This document shows, in pieces, positions 11,111 through 23,674 of a stretch of 64,000 bases of DNA. The DNA lies in assembly GCF_028641065.1 (NCBI RefSeq), contig NC_073397.1, positions 13,082,001 through 13,146,000 on the forward strand. The letters run 5' to 3'. Under the pieces are notes generated by a model, which did not search any database, had not been told where the DNA came from, and saw nothing but the letters and a program-made list of their open reading frames with translations. This stretch comes from Leucoraja erinacea. Lineage: Eukaryota. Made by a program: the position numbers and the translations under genes. Position 1 is the first letter of the stretch, and every line of letters begins with the position of its first letter.

Positions 11111-11294
11111 CGTCCTTTAAGTCTATATTTTACTGCTATCCATTTCCTCCAGAGATGCTACCTGACTTGCTGAGTTACTCCAGTGCTTTGTGCTCTATGC
11201 AAGGCTCCAGTGTCTGCAGTTCCTTGTGTCTGTAGGTGTGCATGTTATCCATCTAGCCCGACACCCTCGAATTTGACCTTACTGGTGTCAGCCT

Positions 11295-11690
11295 TGATGC
11301 GGTGACATATTCTGGCCTCTGGGTCAGAAGGTAATGGGTTAAATTATCACTGGAGTCGTTTGGGTACTTTACCTACATTGACAATTCAGTTTAACAGTGA
11401 AGGGGAGCAACAATACTGAAATACTGTATTCTGATGTGACATTATACTGATGCATCAGTTTTCCTTTCAGCTACATGTTTAAATAACAAAAACATCATGA
11501 GATGCCATTCATAGAACAGTGCGGTAAAAACGCCTTTACTAAACATAATCCAGTTAATTATCTCATTGGTGTTCGCAAGTGCTTGCAATGTGCCACTTGC
11601 CAATTGCATTTACCAATGCAAAAACAAATTGTTCTTCTACATATCTTATGATTGTGCAGAGAGCCAAATAAATGCATGTTTTTCCTTTTT
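11295..11690 (+). mobile_element. Old, degenerate SacSINE1/DeuSINE-like element
   Basis: gcctctgggtcagaaggtaatgggtt head, ttatctcattggtgttcg core and aaataaatgcatgtttttcc tail resemble the shark DeuSINE layout as recalled; heavily diverged. Confidence 0.5.
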
Positions 11691-12122
11691 CTGTAAGTAA
11701 AAGCTATGGTGTGGGGTTTGGATCTTTGCTTCCAAATGCAGTTGCTCTCCTTCTGAGGCTTAATTTTGTATTTCTATGGATGTAGGACTGACCAAATAGA
11801 ACTTGACATCCTTCCTGTGTGAATAATCAAAAAACGGTCTCAGGTGATACTCCATCCATTCATTCATGTTACCTGAATCATTGCAGCTATTTATTTCAGT
11901 TAAGCCTACCCTTCTTTGTCCAAAGTGTACATTTCACTGCACTCTGTGGCAAAATTACTGCGATTCACTATAAAAAAAAAGCTGGGCAGCATTGTGATTT
12001 CTTAATTTTCCAAATTATGCCAAGCAATTGTGGAATATAATTTATGAAGTTTTTGAGCTGCGCTCTACCACAACTTCAAGATGGATGACAATATTCCTGA
12101 GAAATAGCTGAAATAATATGGT

Positions 12123-12310
12123 GGGTACAGAAAAATGCTGGAGAAACTCAGCGGGTGCAGCAGCATCTATGGAGCGAAAGAAATAGGCAACGTTTCCGGC
12201 CGAAACGTTGCCTATTTCCTTCGCTCCATAGATGCTGCTGCACCCGCTGAGTTTCTCCAGCATTTTTGTGTACCTTCGATTTTCCAGCATCTGCAGTTCC
12301 TTCTTAAACA
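12123..12310. mobile_element. Penelope-linked fold-back insertion with 15-bp TSD
   Basis: Near-perfect inverted repeat 12124-12274 centred in the hammerhead stem II region. TSD CTGAAATAATATGGT at 12108-12122 and 12311-12325. Confidence 0.85.
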
Positions 12311-12464
12311 CTGAAATAATATGGTAACTGGTTTGTTTCTATGTTGGGATCGGAGTGGCTTTAGAGCATGTGATTGCCATAAAACCTAGCGTAAGATTTG
12401 TAATAAGATCAGATTTGTGTTCCTTTTAACCTCATCTGTCCTGTCTGAGGGTTCACACAGAGAT

Positions 12465-12785
12465 ATGAACCCAGAAAAGTGGAACCAAGAACCGGAGGAC
12501 CCAGGTTTAAGGTGAGAGGGGAAAAATTTGAAAGGAAACTGAGGGGCAACTTTTTCGCACAGAGGGTGGTGGGTATACTGTATGTAACGAGCTGCCAGAG
12601 GAGATAATTGAGGTACTATAACAGCATTTAAAAGACATTTGAACTGGGACATGGATACAAAGGGTTTAGAAGGATATGGGCAAAAGATGGGCAGGTGGGA
12701 CTAGCGTAGATGGGGCATTGTGGTCGCTGTGGCAAATTTGGCTGAAGGGCCTGTTTCCACACTGTATGACTCTATGTCTCTATGC
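12465..12785 (+). mobile_element. CR1 LINE 3' fragment
   Basis: ggtttaaggtgagagggg...gagggtggtggg...gggcctgtttccacactgtatgactctatg. Confidence 0.8.
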
Positions 12786-13571
12786 CTTTACTATCTAACA
12801 GGATTATAATTAGCAATACAACTAGGATTTTCATTGGCAAACTTCAAAGTATTTTTTAGTATAATTTTGGAAAGTAGCATTAATGGTATTTACTGAATAT
12901 TTGAACCATTGAGTGATGTGTATTTTTGCAAAAGGCTTGAACATAGTCGAGCTAAAATCCACCTTTTGAAAGTTTAACTTCTCGGTTTGAATAAACATTT
13001 TTCACTCTCCGCATATTAGCTTTGCTATCTCCTTAACTTGTCTCACAGTCCATAAATCTTCTGCTTAGTTTGCAGATTTGGCAAAGAAGTTTCATTTTTT
13101 TGTAAGGAAGTACAAATGGATCAATGATTATGGGAGTCAACGCCATTAATTAACTCTTTGTGATCTGGACTCTCTGTTGTGAACAGCTTTGCATTTCTGC
13201 TTCAGACATTTCAGTACAAAATGTGGAGAACAGGAATTGTAGGATAGAAATATATCCTGTAAGATTAGTATCATGTTACTTTTATTTCCAGTAAATAAAT
13301 AAGAATGATTTCAGGAATTTAATTATTTCATCTGGAATCTCAACCACTGGTATTCATATGTACTCATATGTTATTAGTCTATTATTGTTACTTGTACAAA
13401 GATTCATTGAAAAGCTTTGTTATTATGTTGTCCAGTCAAATCATGAGTCAGATGTGAGTACCATCAAGTCATACATGTGCACAATAGGCAATGCAACAAC
13501 AAAAAAGTACAGAGGAGAGTGTTACAGCATTATAACCTTACCGTAAAAGAGAAAAAGTCTAAGGTCCACTG

Positions 13572-14010
13572 TAATGCATTTCGTTGTCTCTGTACTGTAC
13601 ACTGACAATGACAATTAAAATTTAATCTGAATCTGAATCTATAAGTTAGGGTAGGAAGATCAGGACTACATTCTAGCATAATTAGACTGTTCAGTAGTCC
13701 GATAACAACGGGGAAAAAGCTGTTCCTCTCTGGTGATACGTGCTCTCAAGCTTTTATACTTGCTGCCCGAAGGGTTAAGGGAGAAGAGGGAATGACCAGG
13801 GTGGAAATGGTCCTTGATTACGTTGGCTGCTTTCCTAAGGCAGTGTGAAGTGTAGATGGAGTCAATGATGGGGAAGCTGGTTTGTGTGATGGTCTGGGCC
13901 ACTTCCACAACTTTCTGCAATATCTTGTGGTCTTGGGCAGAACAGATCAAGCTGTGGTGCATCCTGATAGGATGCCTTCTACTGTGCATCTGCAGACGTT
14001 GGTAAGAGTC
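13572..14010. mobile_element. Rex1/Babar-type fragments (short + strand tail 13572-13640; - strand ORF remnant ~13660-14010)
   Basis: Minus-strand translation CSAQDHKILQKVVEVAQTIT...CLRKAANVIKD..HPGHSLFSL.PSG.KYKSLRAR; (AATCTG)n tail. Confidence 0.85.
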
Positions 14011-14514
14011 TAGGACAATCTCTTGTGTTTCATATATGTAGCAAACAAACATGATTAAGATGGTGATTCAGGTAACTGTGCAATAAATTTGTGTGCAGTT
14101 GTCAGAATACAGTCTAATTTGAGATCATTTTTCTTGTTAAAATAATATAACTGACTATATAAGAACATGTGATTGATGCCATACTTTTAAATTCAATCCA
14201 GGTTAATCTTAATGTGAAAACAAAATAAACCGTACTCAAGGTCTTGTAACATGGAATTAACAATAATGATATAAGCACCTCATTTTGATGCGAAGTATAG
14301 TAACACAGAGGTTAAGCTGGATTAACTGCATGATCTTGCATTCTACTAGGACAACTTGGGAAATCAAATTCAACTATTTAAATTAATTTAGCATTAAAAT
14401 GTTAGCATCAGTACGTGTGGCCGTGAAGCTGACAGATTGTCGTAAAAACACATCTTATTCACTAATGCAATCCAGGGATAGAAATTTGCCATCCTTAAAC
14501 AATCTAGCCAATAT

Positions 14515-14745
14515 CTAACTACAATAGACAATAGTCAAGAAGTGCAGGAGGAGGCCATTCGGCCCTTCGAGCCAGCACCGCCATTCAATGTGATCATGGC
14601 TGATCATCCCCAATCGGTACCCCGTTCCTGCCTTCTCCCCATATCCCCTGACTCCGCTATTTTTAAGAGCCCTATCTAGCTCTCTCTTGAAAGTATCCAG
14701 AGAACCGGCTTCCACTGCCTTCTGAGGCAGAGAATTACAGACTCT
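14515..14745 (-). mobile_element. CR1/HER1 3' fragment
   Basis: Reverse complement matches 2250-2460. Confidence 0.85.
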
Positions 14746-14791
14746 TAGTAATATGGATAACTGCTAACTGCCCTCTGAAGTAGCCCAACAA

Positions 14792-15110
14792 GACACAGTG
14801 GTGCAGTGGTAGAGTTGCTGCCTTACAGCGCCAGAGACCTAGGTTCAATCCTGACTACGGGTGCTGTCTATACGTAGTTTGTACATTCTCCCTGTGACCA
14901 CATTGATTTTCTCCAGGCGCTCCGCTTTCCTCCAACACTCCAAAGACTTGCAGGGCTGTAGGTTAATTGGTATCAGAAAAATAGGAAATTGTCCCCAGTG
15001 TTTAGGATAGTGCTAGTGTATGGAGTGATCGCTGGTCAGCATAGACTCGGTGGGCCGAAGGGCCTGTTTTCCGCACTGTTTCTGTGAAGTCTAAAGACTA
15101 ATGTCTAAAG
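14792..15110 (+). mobile_element. HE1/V-SINE-type SINE
   Basis: Head, V-domain and tail all present. Confidence 0.85.
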
Positions 15111-16379
15111 GCAGCCAGTGCAGGAGAAGCTTGGAAGGACAATAAATATTGACCCAGCTTATTCATCATTGTCCTGTGAATCAATAAATGAAAAGATGGT
15201 AAATCTCTGTTGATCTACACAGATCTGAATTTCAGCAATAGTTTTGGTCCTGTTTTCAATCTTCCCATGGTGTCCCCTTTTTATGTTTGGCACTCAAATA
15301 ACCCGATCTTCTTTGGTTACTCGCACACATTTCCTGTACAGACGCAAGTTTCAATGATTCAAATTACTTTCAGAGTGCGGTAAAGAATAATGTGGGCAAG
15401 GCCTGTACTCGTGATCTGAGGTCTTGCATTAAATGTAATAAAATCAAGCAGCAGATCTGGTTTAGACTAAAAATAGACTCACAGTGCTGGGATAACTCAG
15501 TGGGTCAGGCAGCAGCTCTGGAGAAAATTAATAGACGACATTTTGGGGTTGGGATCCTGCTTCAGACTGATTGTAGGGGGCTGGGGGGAGCAGGTAGTGA
15601 GAAAAGGCCAGGACAGAACAGGGCTAGCAACAGGTTACCTCAGTTGCTGGTGAGGACAGTAACAAACTAATCCAAGGTCTTGGATTAGATTGTTCAAGAT
15701 GATTACAAAATCTCTCTATGAATGGTTTCCAGCATGCTTCTTCCAAATTTGAATTCACAACTAGGTTCTGACAGAGAGAGGCTCCAGTTCGTTTGGCCCA
15801 CGTTGTAGATGGCATGAGAGTACTTGATATTTACAAGAGCAATTAGAACTGTTTAATAATCATACCACCTTGTCACTAAAATAAGGTGTTATTTTTAATT
15901 GAAATCATCTGTAAACTAAAGACCAGCTGATTCAGTGTTATTCCATCTCGAATTTCAGGTACCTACACACAATTCACCTCTTTTCGCAACAGTTCCCTAA
16001 TTGAGTCGGAAGAAAGTTCCCGATCCAGAAGTTTCACCTTTTCATGTTCTCCAGAGATGGTGCCTGACCCGCAGAGTTACTCAGGCACTATACGTCTTTT
16101 GTTTCCATACAGGTATCTGAACTTTGACCGCATGTTTTTGGATGAAAGTCTTCTCTTTCTGTTAACTGGCAGAATGATTTTCAGTGTGATCAGTTGTGCA
16201 GTGATAACTGCCTACGACTGTGCACAACTGATCAGGTGAAATAGCAATCGGAAAGATAACGATGGTTGGGAATGCTTGTGCTTGTTAAATGGAAAATACC
16301 ACACTGGTGCAGTAGGGGGTGCTCCCCTGTCATAGTAGCTAAGGCATGTTGCATTGGCAGAAAGAGAGAGATGCCTGTT

Positions 16380-16537
16380 TAAGAAGGAACTGCAGATGCT
16401 GGAAAATCGAAGGTACACAAAAATGCTGGAGAAACTCAGCGGGTGCAGCAGCATCTATGGAGCGAAGGAAATAGGCCACGTTTTGGGCCGAAACCCTTCT
16501 TCAGACTGATGGGGGGTGGCGGGGTGAAGAAAGGAAA
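16380..16537 (-). mobile_element. Penelope-linked hammerhead-bearing repeat with 19-bp TSD
   Basis: TSD AAAGAGAGAGATGCCTGTT at 16361-16379 and 16538-16556. Minus strand reads gtCTGAAGAagggtttcggcccaaaacgtggcc. Confidence 0.85.
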
Positions 16538-17399
16538 AAAGAGAGAGATGCCTGTTCATTTGACTTCAGTTACCCCTTACCTTGTGAAATGACCCAAAGG
16601 TAGAAAGTGTCCCAAAGTACTTCTGCACTTAAAAAAAAATAATGAACAAGAATGAGAAAATCTACATAAATGAGAAAACATCTATGAATGTGCAAAGGTA
16701 GTTTAGATCCCTTAGATAAATATCTCTTGTTCAGTTTATAGTTTAGAGTCATCGAGCTGTACCTATGGCCCACCGACCAAGTTGGCACATGGGGTTGTAT
16801 TTGGCCCACAGCCCTCCAAACCCTTCCTATCCATATATCTGTCCAAAGGATTTTAAAAGGTCATAATTGTGAAAGTTTCCTTCCAAAGAGAAGGAGGGAC
16901 TATTAGGTTTCAAACCAGTTATCGCAAATGCCAGCATGGGTAGGGCTCACATTTTCAAATTTATAGTTGATGAAAGCAAAAACAAATTGATCTGTAACTG
17001 GATTTATACTGTCATGTTAGTGCAAGTTCTTAGACTGTATCAGTTTTCACCGTCTTGGTAAGGTCACCGCAATAATAATGTTTTCGAGAATATTAGTCTA
17101 TGCAAATGAGTTTCAATGAGGTTGTATTAAAGATTTTAAACTGTTAATTGTGTATTCATGTTGGAAGCAATATCAATATTATGGCCGGTGTTATTGGCAG
17201 CCACATATTGATTAACTGCCCTGCGCTAGACTCCTTAGAACTGAACTCTAATCTGTCATGCTTTCCTGGTCTTGACAGTGCAAATAATTCAATAATCAAA
17301 ATTCCCTTCAATCGCTTCAGTGCTGACTGTGATGACAATGTGCTGCCCTCAAGCAAGTAGCTTTTTCTAATACCTTCAGGAATGAGGCCACTGGAATCA

Positions 17400-17563
17400 N
17401 NNNNNNNNNNNNNNNNNNNNNNNNNNNNNNNNNNNNNNNNNNNNNNNNNNNNNNNNNNNNNNNNNNNNNNNNNNNNNNNNNNNNNNNNNNNNNNNNNNNN
17501 NNNNNNNNNNNNNNNNNNNNNNNNNNNNNNNNNNNNNNNNNNNNNNNNNNNNNNNNNNNNNNN
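17400..17563. other. Assembly gap (164 N)
   Basis: Run of N. Confidence 1.
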
Positions 17564-17829
17564 GAGAGATGAGCTGTTTAATTCAATCTTCTCAATAAAC
17601 ATCAATAGGTAGGATCATGCCAAGCATTAACAACGTCCATTAATTATGCCCACAGCATGAGGACCTCTGTTTCGAGTCATAGCGAAGGTGAACTCTAGTA
17701 AGGTCTATACTTTTTGATTCCCTTTGCCTTAAGCAAAACCCCATTCTTCTCTACAGCCCTGTCTGTTCACTCACTGTTAGAATTTTCTGAGAACGTGATT
17801 AGTGATGCTTCTAAATTGTTTTGTTTTAT

Positions 17830-18048
17830 TAGTTTAGACATACAGCGTGGAATCCGGCCTCTTGGCCCAATGAATCCGCGCCGCCCAGCGATCCCCGTAC
17901 ACTAATACCATCCTACACACGAGGGGCAATTTACGATTTTATTACCGAAGCCAATTAACCTACAAACCTGTACGTCTTGGAATGTGGGAGGAAACCGGAG
18001 CACCCGGAGAAAACCCTGGTCACGGGAAGAATGTACAAACTCCGTACA
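17830..18048 (-). mobile_element. HE1/V-SINE-type SINE (partial)
   Basis: ccaattaacctacaaacctgtacgtcttggaatgtgggaggaaaccggagcacccggagaaaac. Confidence 0.85.
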
Positions 18049-18552
18049 TGACTGTTGGTTAAAAGGAAGAAAGAGATATCATTCTTCTGGAGCCAAATCA
18101 CATCCTTAGTAAGTCCTGAAATGCTTCCCTCTCTTATGATTTACTTCTGCTGTGCAATCACCGTTGCTATGTTGGTAAAGACAGTTGAATATCTATGCAC
18201 AGACATTCCCACAAGAATCAAGTGAAACAAGAGTCTGGTTAAATTGCTCTCGGCCAGGTCAATATAGAGGAATGCTTGCAAACAAAGCTATGTTTCGCTA
18301 CAGTGCAAATTTGCTAGCAGACACAAGAGGCTGGAATCTAGAGCAACGTACAACCAGCTGGAGGAACTTAGCAGGGCAAGCAGCATCCTGGTACAGATGA
18401 AGGGCCCCAACTCAAAACATTCACTGCCCACTTTCACCGCAGATGCTGCTTGACCCGTTGAGTTCCCCTGACAGATTTGTTAAGGTTGTTAAGGTTGAAT
18501 CAATTATCACAGTGTCTGGCAGCTACCAAGATTACTTTTGGTGAGTTATTGT

Positions 18553-19275
18553 CAGAGTCATACAGTGTGGAACCAGGCCATTCAGCCCAACTTGCCCACA
18601 CCGACCAGCATGTCTCATCTACACTAGTCCCACCTGCCTGGGTTTGGCCCATATCCCTCTAAACCTGTCCTATCCATGTATCTGCCTAAATGTTTTTTAA
18701 ACGTTGCAATAGTACCTGCCTCAACTACCTCCTCCAGCAGCTCGTTACATACACCCATTACCCTTTACATAAAAATGTTTCCCCTCAGATTCCTATTAAA
18801 TCTTCCCTCCCTCACCTTAAACCTATGTTCTCTGGTTCTCGATTCCCCTACTCTGGGCAAGAGATTCTGTGCGTTTATCCGATCTATTCCTCTCATGATT
18901 TTGTACACCTCTATAAGATCACCCCTCATCCTTCTGCTCTCCAAGGAATAAAGTCCTAGTCTCTCCCTATAGCTCAGGCCCTGGAGTCCAGCACCATCCT
19001 TGTAAATCTCTGCACCTTTTCCAGCTTGACAACGTCTTTCCTATAACATGGCACCCAGAACTGAACACAATACTCTAAATGTAGCCTCACCAATGCCTGA
19101 TATAACTGGTACATGTCCCAATTTCTATACTCAATACTTTGTCCAATGAAAGCCAGTGTGCCAAAAACCTTTTAGACCAGCCTATCACCATGTAATGCCA
19201 CTTTCAAGGAACTATGTACCTGCACTCCCAGATCCCTCTGCACTACAACACTCCGCAGAGGTCCTACCATTCCTT
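18553..19275 (-). mobile_element. CR1 LINE 3' fragment (~720 bp)
   Basis: Antisense CR1 ORF2 end (cccagaactgaacacaatactcta corresponds to LEYCVQFW) plus 3'UTR. Confidence 0.9.
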
Positions 19276-19619
19276 TTGTGTTAGGAAATGAAGAGATAAC
19301 ATCTTGTTATTTATAGGGATCCATATTGCTGAAGGACTTTCTATTTTGGCCTCATTTTGAGAATTAAGGCATGTACAAATCCAACTAAATTGTAACTAAA
19401 ATGTTGGTGCTATGAAAAATCTGATTTGTTTTCAAGACCGTTTCGGATTTTAAACAACAAACTGTATGCGGTTTGATTAATGACGATACTACAGTAAGAC
19501 CTACTTATCCAGGGAAACAAAAATATAAAACATTTGCACGCATTCAACATCTAGTGAGGTCTTGGATTCAATGGTGGCAAATGTCCCAATAATTGTTATA
19601 TCTTTGTTTGTGAGCCGAA

Positions 19620-20170
19620 TAGAGTGCAACGTTTTTTACCTCGGCTAGAGGAATCAAGAACCAATGGACATGGGGTTAAGGTGAGATTGGCACGATTTAA
19701 TAGGAACCCAAAGGGCAACTTTTTCACTCGGAGGGTAGTACGTAAATGGAACGAGCTGCCAGAGGTAGTTGCGGCAGGTACTATAACAGCATTTAAAATA
19801 CACGTGAGCAGGAAACATTTGGAGGGATATGGGCCAAATGCGGGCAAATGAAACTAGCATAGATGAGTTGGACTGAAAGGCCTGTTTCCATGTTGTATGA
19901 TTACATGGCTCCACGCAGCACCAGACTTAAGAACAGTTTTTAATCAACATGCCATCAGGCTTCTAAACTCATAAACGCATCATATATGTTGATTATTTTA
20001 TTTATTGTTGTCTTTTATCTACCAATGTCACTTTTATCTTATCTTTTTTTACCTTAATTTTATCCTTGTAATATCATTGCTGAGGTGATCCGTTGCCTTG
20101 TCAAACACATTTCATTGTACCGTTGACCCTGTGTTAACCTACCTATGACAAATAAAACTGAACTGAACTG
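19620..20170 (+). mobile_element. CR1 3' fragment (19620-19910) followed by Rex1-type 3' fragment with (GAACT)n tail
   Basis: ESRTNGH.VKVR...NFFTRRVV..WNELP; then cagacttaagaacagttt...atgacaaataaaactgaactgaactg. Confidence 0.8.
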
Positions 20171-20301
20171 ATTAACCCTTGATTGATTGAAAAGCAAATG
20201 AACTGCAGATGCTGGAAATCTTAAATCAAATGGCTGCAGATACAGTACATAGCAAACCAGGCAGCAGCTGAGAGGTAATATTTCAGGTCAATTAACTGAA
20301 A

Positions 20302-21735
20302 ACCTGGTTCGATCCTGACTATGGGTGCTGTCTGTACCGAGTTTGTATGTTCTCCCTGTGATCCCGTTTGTTTTTTTGTCTCATGTTCCAAAGATGTAGA
20401 TTAAGTGGCTTTGGTAAAATTGTAAATTTTTTGAGTGTTTGTAGGATGGTGCTAGTGTGTGGGGTGATCGCTGGTCGGCATGGACTCGGTGGGCAGAAGG
20501 GCTTGTTACTGCGCTTGTATCTCTAAAGTCTAAAGAAAGTAAGTCATTAGCACGTAAAAAAGGTGCTATGTGATTGACTTTCTAGGACGTGTCTCTTTAA
20601 ACTATATTTGCTTGGTAACCTAGGTAGGAAAGCACAGACCTTCTTTTACGATCAGAAATTGTTGTATTGTTCAGAAGACATTATCGTTCAGAGGAGACCA
20701 AACTCCCAGGGCATTAACATACATGCTGCTGTAGTCACTTTTTTTTACAAATTGACAGCTAATAAAAAAAAGTGATAAAGAAAAACAAATGATCTGTTTC
20801 CATAAGTAATAAGGAAGTGGCTATGAATGTAATATTTATCAGGGCTCTACATTGTTACAAACTATTGCAATTTCTCATGAATATCGACATACATCATAGT
20901 CTCAGAGTTAGATACTGCAGAAGTGGTGCAGTCAGTAGAGCTGCTGCCTCACTGCAGCAGAGAACTGGGTATGATCCTGACCACGGGAACTGTCTGTGTG
21001 GAGTTTGTACGTTCTCCCTATGATAGTGTAGATTTCTTCCGGGTGCTGCGGTTTCCTCCAACATTCCAAAGATGTTTGTGTTTGTAGTTTAATTGGCCTC
21101 TGTAACTTGCCCCTAGTGTGTGGGGAGTGGATGCAAAAGAGAGATAACATTGAACTAGTGTGAACGGGGGGGGATGGTCGGCATGTGTTCGATGGGCTGA
21201 AGGGCCTGTTTCTATGCTGCATCTCTAAACTAAACTAAACAGTGACTGAAAATATCTAGAAGGCTTCAGTGTATATCTAGATTTTTGCCTGTAACTGAGC
21301 ATTTATATCGATAGTATGTTATGTGATTGCTCCACATCTCTTAGAACCAAAACATTACTGAATTTGCTGTGGGTGTTAAAATATTGTGTGCTTTTGCCAC
21401 TTTGAGATTGGTTTAGTTTAGTTTAGAGATACATTGTGGAAATACTGAGTCGGCTCGAGGACTGAAAGGGATTTTCATTGGTGTGGACTTCGTTGGCGTG
21501 GACTCAGTCGGCTCACTGAGGCCACGCCAACCTGCATGCTAGTTCTATCCTACACACTAGAGACTATTATTTTTACATGAAGCCAATTAACCTACAAACC
21601 TGCATGTCTTTGGAGTGTGGGGGGAAACCGGAGCATTCGGAGAAAACCCACACAGTCACAGGGAGAATGGGAAAACTCCATACAGACAGCATTATAGTCA
21701 GGATCGGACCTGGGTTTCTGATACTGTAAGCCAGC
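20302..21735. mobile_element. Three HE1/V-SINE-type SINEs (+ 20302-20535, + 20920-21240, - 21410-21735)
   Basis: GGTTCGATCCTGACT heads, V-domains and (CTAAA)n tails. Confidence 0.8.
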
Positions 21736-22404
21736 ATGCATATTACACAGGCATGAGATTTCGAGTGAACATTGGGGAACATCGGTGAGGAGGCTGATTG
21801 GACTTTGGTTCCTTCCCTCACAGTGGGGAACTTAGGTGATGTTTGTGTTGTGGACTACTGTGTTCTGAGTTTTTGTGTTTTTGAAAATTATTTATATGAC
21901 TAAGGGAAAAATAATTTTGTTGTCTCTTAATTGAAGACAATGACAATAAATTAAATCAAATCAAATCAAATTTAAACTGTAGTCACTTGCTATGCTTTTC
22001 ATAAGTTTGGTTTACCTTTTAAGACCAACTGAAATCAAAGGACTGTGGCTGAATGAATGGGTAGTTTAGATTGAATGTTACCTCCATAGTTAGCATGATA
22101 GAGAAATTTAAGTTGTTAAGAAAACTAATTTCTGCCTCAAACATATCCCACAACTTAAAACAAAGGAGCCTGATTGATTGAATGAATGAGTAGTTTGGAA
22201 TGCATGTTACCTCTATCATTAGCACGTATTCTCTGTTGATAGAGGGTCTTAAGATATAAGAAACTAATATCTGCTTCAAACACATCACATAGGGTAAAAA
22301 CATGTGCACTATTGTTGAAGACACTAATTATTAATCAAATAAGCCATACTTCACCTTCAGTTTAGATTTCAAATTAATGTGGTACTTAAATATGAGGCAG
22401 AAAC

Positions 22405-22675
22405 CAGCTGTTATCAGGCAACTGAGCCATCCTACCAATGGCTAGTGGGCAGTCCTGAGCTACTATCTACCGCATCGGAGACCCTCAGAATATCTTTGAT
22501 TGGACTAAACATCCAGCACTAAATGTTATTCATGTTATTTCCTTTTATCATGTGTCTGTACATTGTGGACGGCTCGATTGTAATCATGTATTACCTTTCT
22601 GCTGACTGGTTAGCAGGCAACAAAAGCTTTTCACTGTACCTCGGTACACGTGACAATAAGCTAAACTAAACTAAA
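22405..22675 (+). mobile_element. Rex1-type 3'UTR fragment
   Basis: Collinear with 8365-8505 plus 9237-9400 (cagctgttatcagg...tgacaataagctaaactaaac). Confidence 0.8.
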
Positions 22676-23674
22676 TTGGTGTGAACGCCAGTAACTTTCT
22701 TCCAGGAGAAAAGTTATAAATACAGCCAATAAAGAAATCAGTAATGAACATGAGTGAAATGTGATGATTCAGCAACATCAAGGGTACCTAATTTTAAAAT
22801 GAAAATCCCTATCAGTCCTCGAGCCAAGTGCCATAATTAATTCAGCCTGATATCCGAAGAAACAGCTGCTTTTGCTCTGTGACCACCAGAGAGCACACTT
22901 CATCTAAAGGACGACTAATTGGCGGGTTGCTGTTTCCGGGCAGTGCTGATCCACTCATTTATACTGAGCACTTAACACCATCCAGTCACGGCCCTAATTA
23001 AACTGCCACAGATGACCCAAAGCCCGTTTTAAAGTTTGATGAAGAATTGATCAGACGAACAAACAAGAGATTTAGCAGTGAACGGTGGTGGTAAGGTTCA
23101 CACAAAAGCAGAATGGAGGACCGGAGGGAATATAGTGAGAGCAGACACTGTCCCTTGTCTTTTTGCCACCCAGGGACCAGCCCAAGAACATAAACGGGTT
23201 GTAAAATCTGAGTTGGGGTTACATGGACTGGGCAGAGCTCATAACGTAGGTGGCATGTCTGGTGATTAACCCTTTTTTGGGAAAGTCGCAGAGTTGAAGT
23301 CAATCCACAGTCTCTCAATTCCCTTTCTTCTGTGCTGGGCTCAATTAGAATCAGCAGCTGCTGTGATGGAAGCAAAAGATCAAGGACAGCCACAGGAATA
23401 GCTTCCCACAACATCACTGGCTACTCCATCTCACTTTCAATTGCATAATTTGTCTTGTGGCGGGAAATGAGCTGCAATTCATTAGACATGTCAGTTACTA
23501 CTTAATAATTTCTGGTCCTTTATAAAACATTTACTGGCAGAGTCTGATTTTTGGATTTCGAAGAGCTTTTTTGAATGCAGCTGATGGACCCGTGTTTATC
23601 TCCAAGTGTAAAAAGGCAATGAGCAAAATGTTTCTTGTTATGCCGCGATGCTTGCAAACTTCACAACTGTGTTA

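Noticed and set aside
12124-12274. pre-miRNA hairpin
   Set aside because: The arms are inverted copies of a high-copy repeat bounded by a TSD; no known miRNA is recognised.
17156-17612. 149-aa and 76-aa ORFs
   Set aside because: They span the 164-N gap, and the flanking peptides resemble no known protein.
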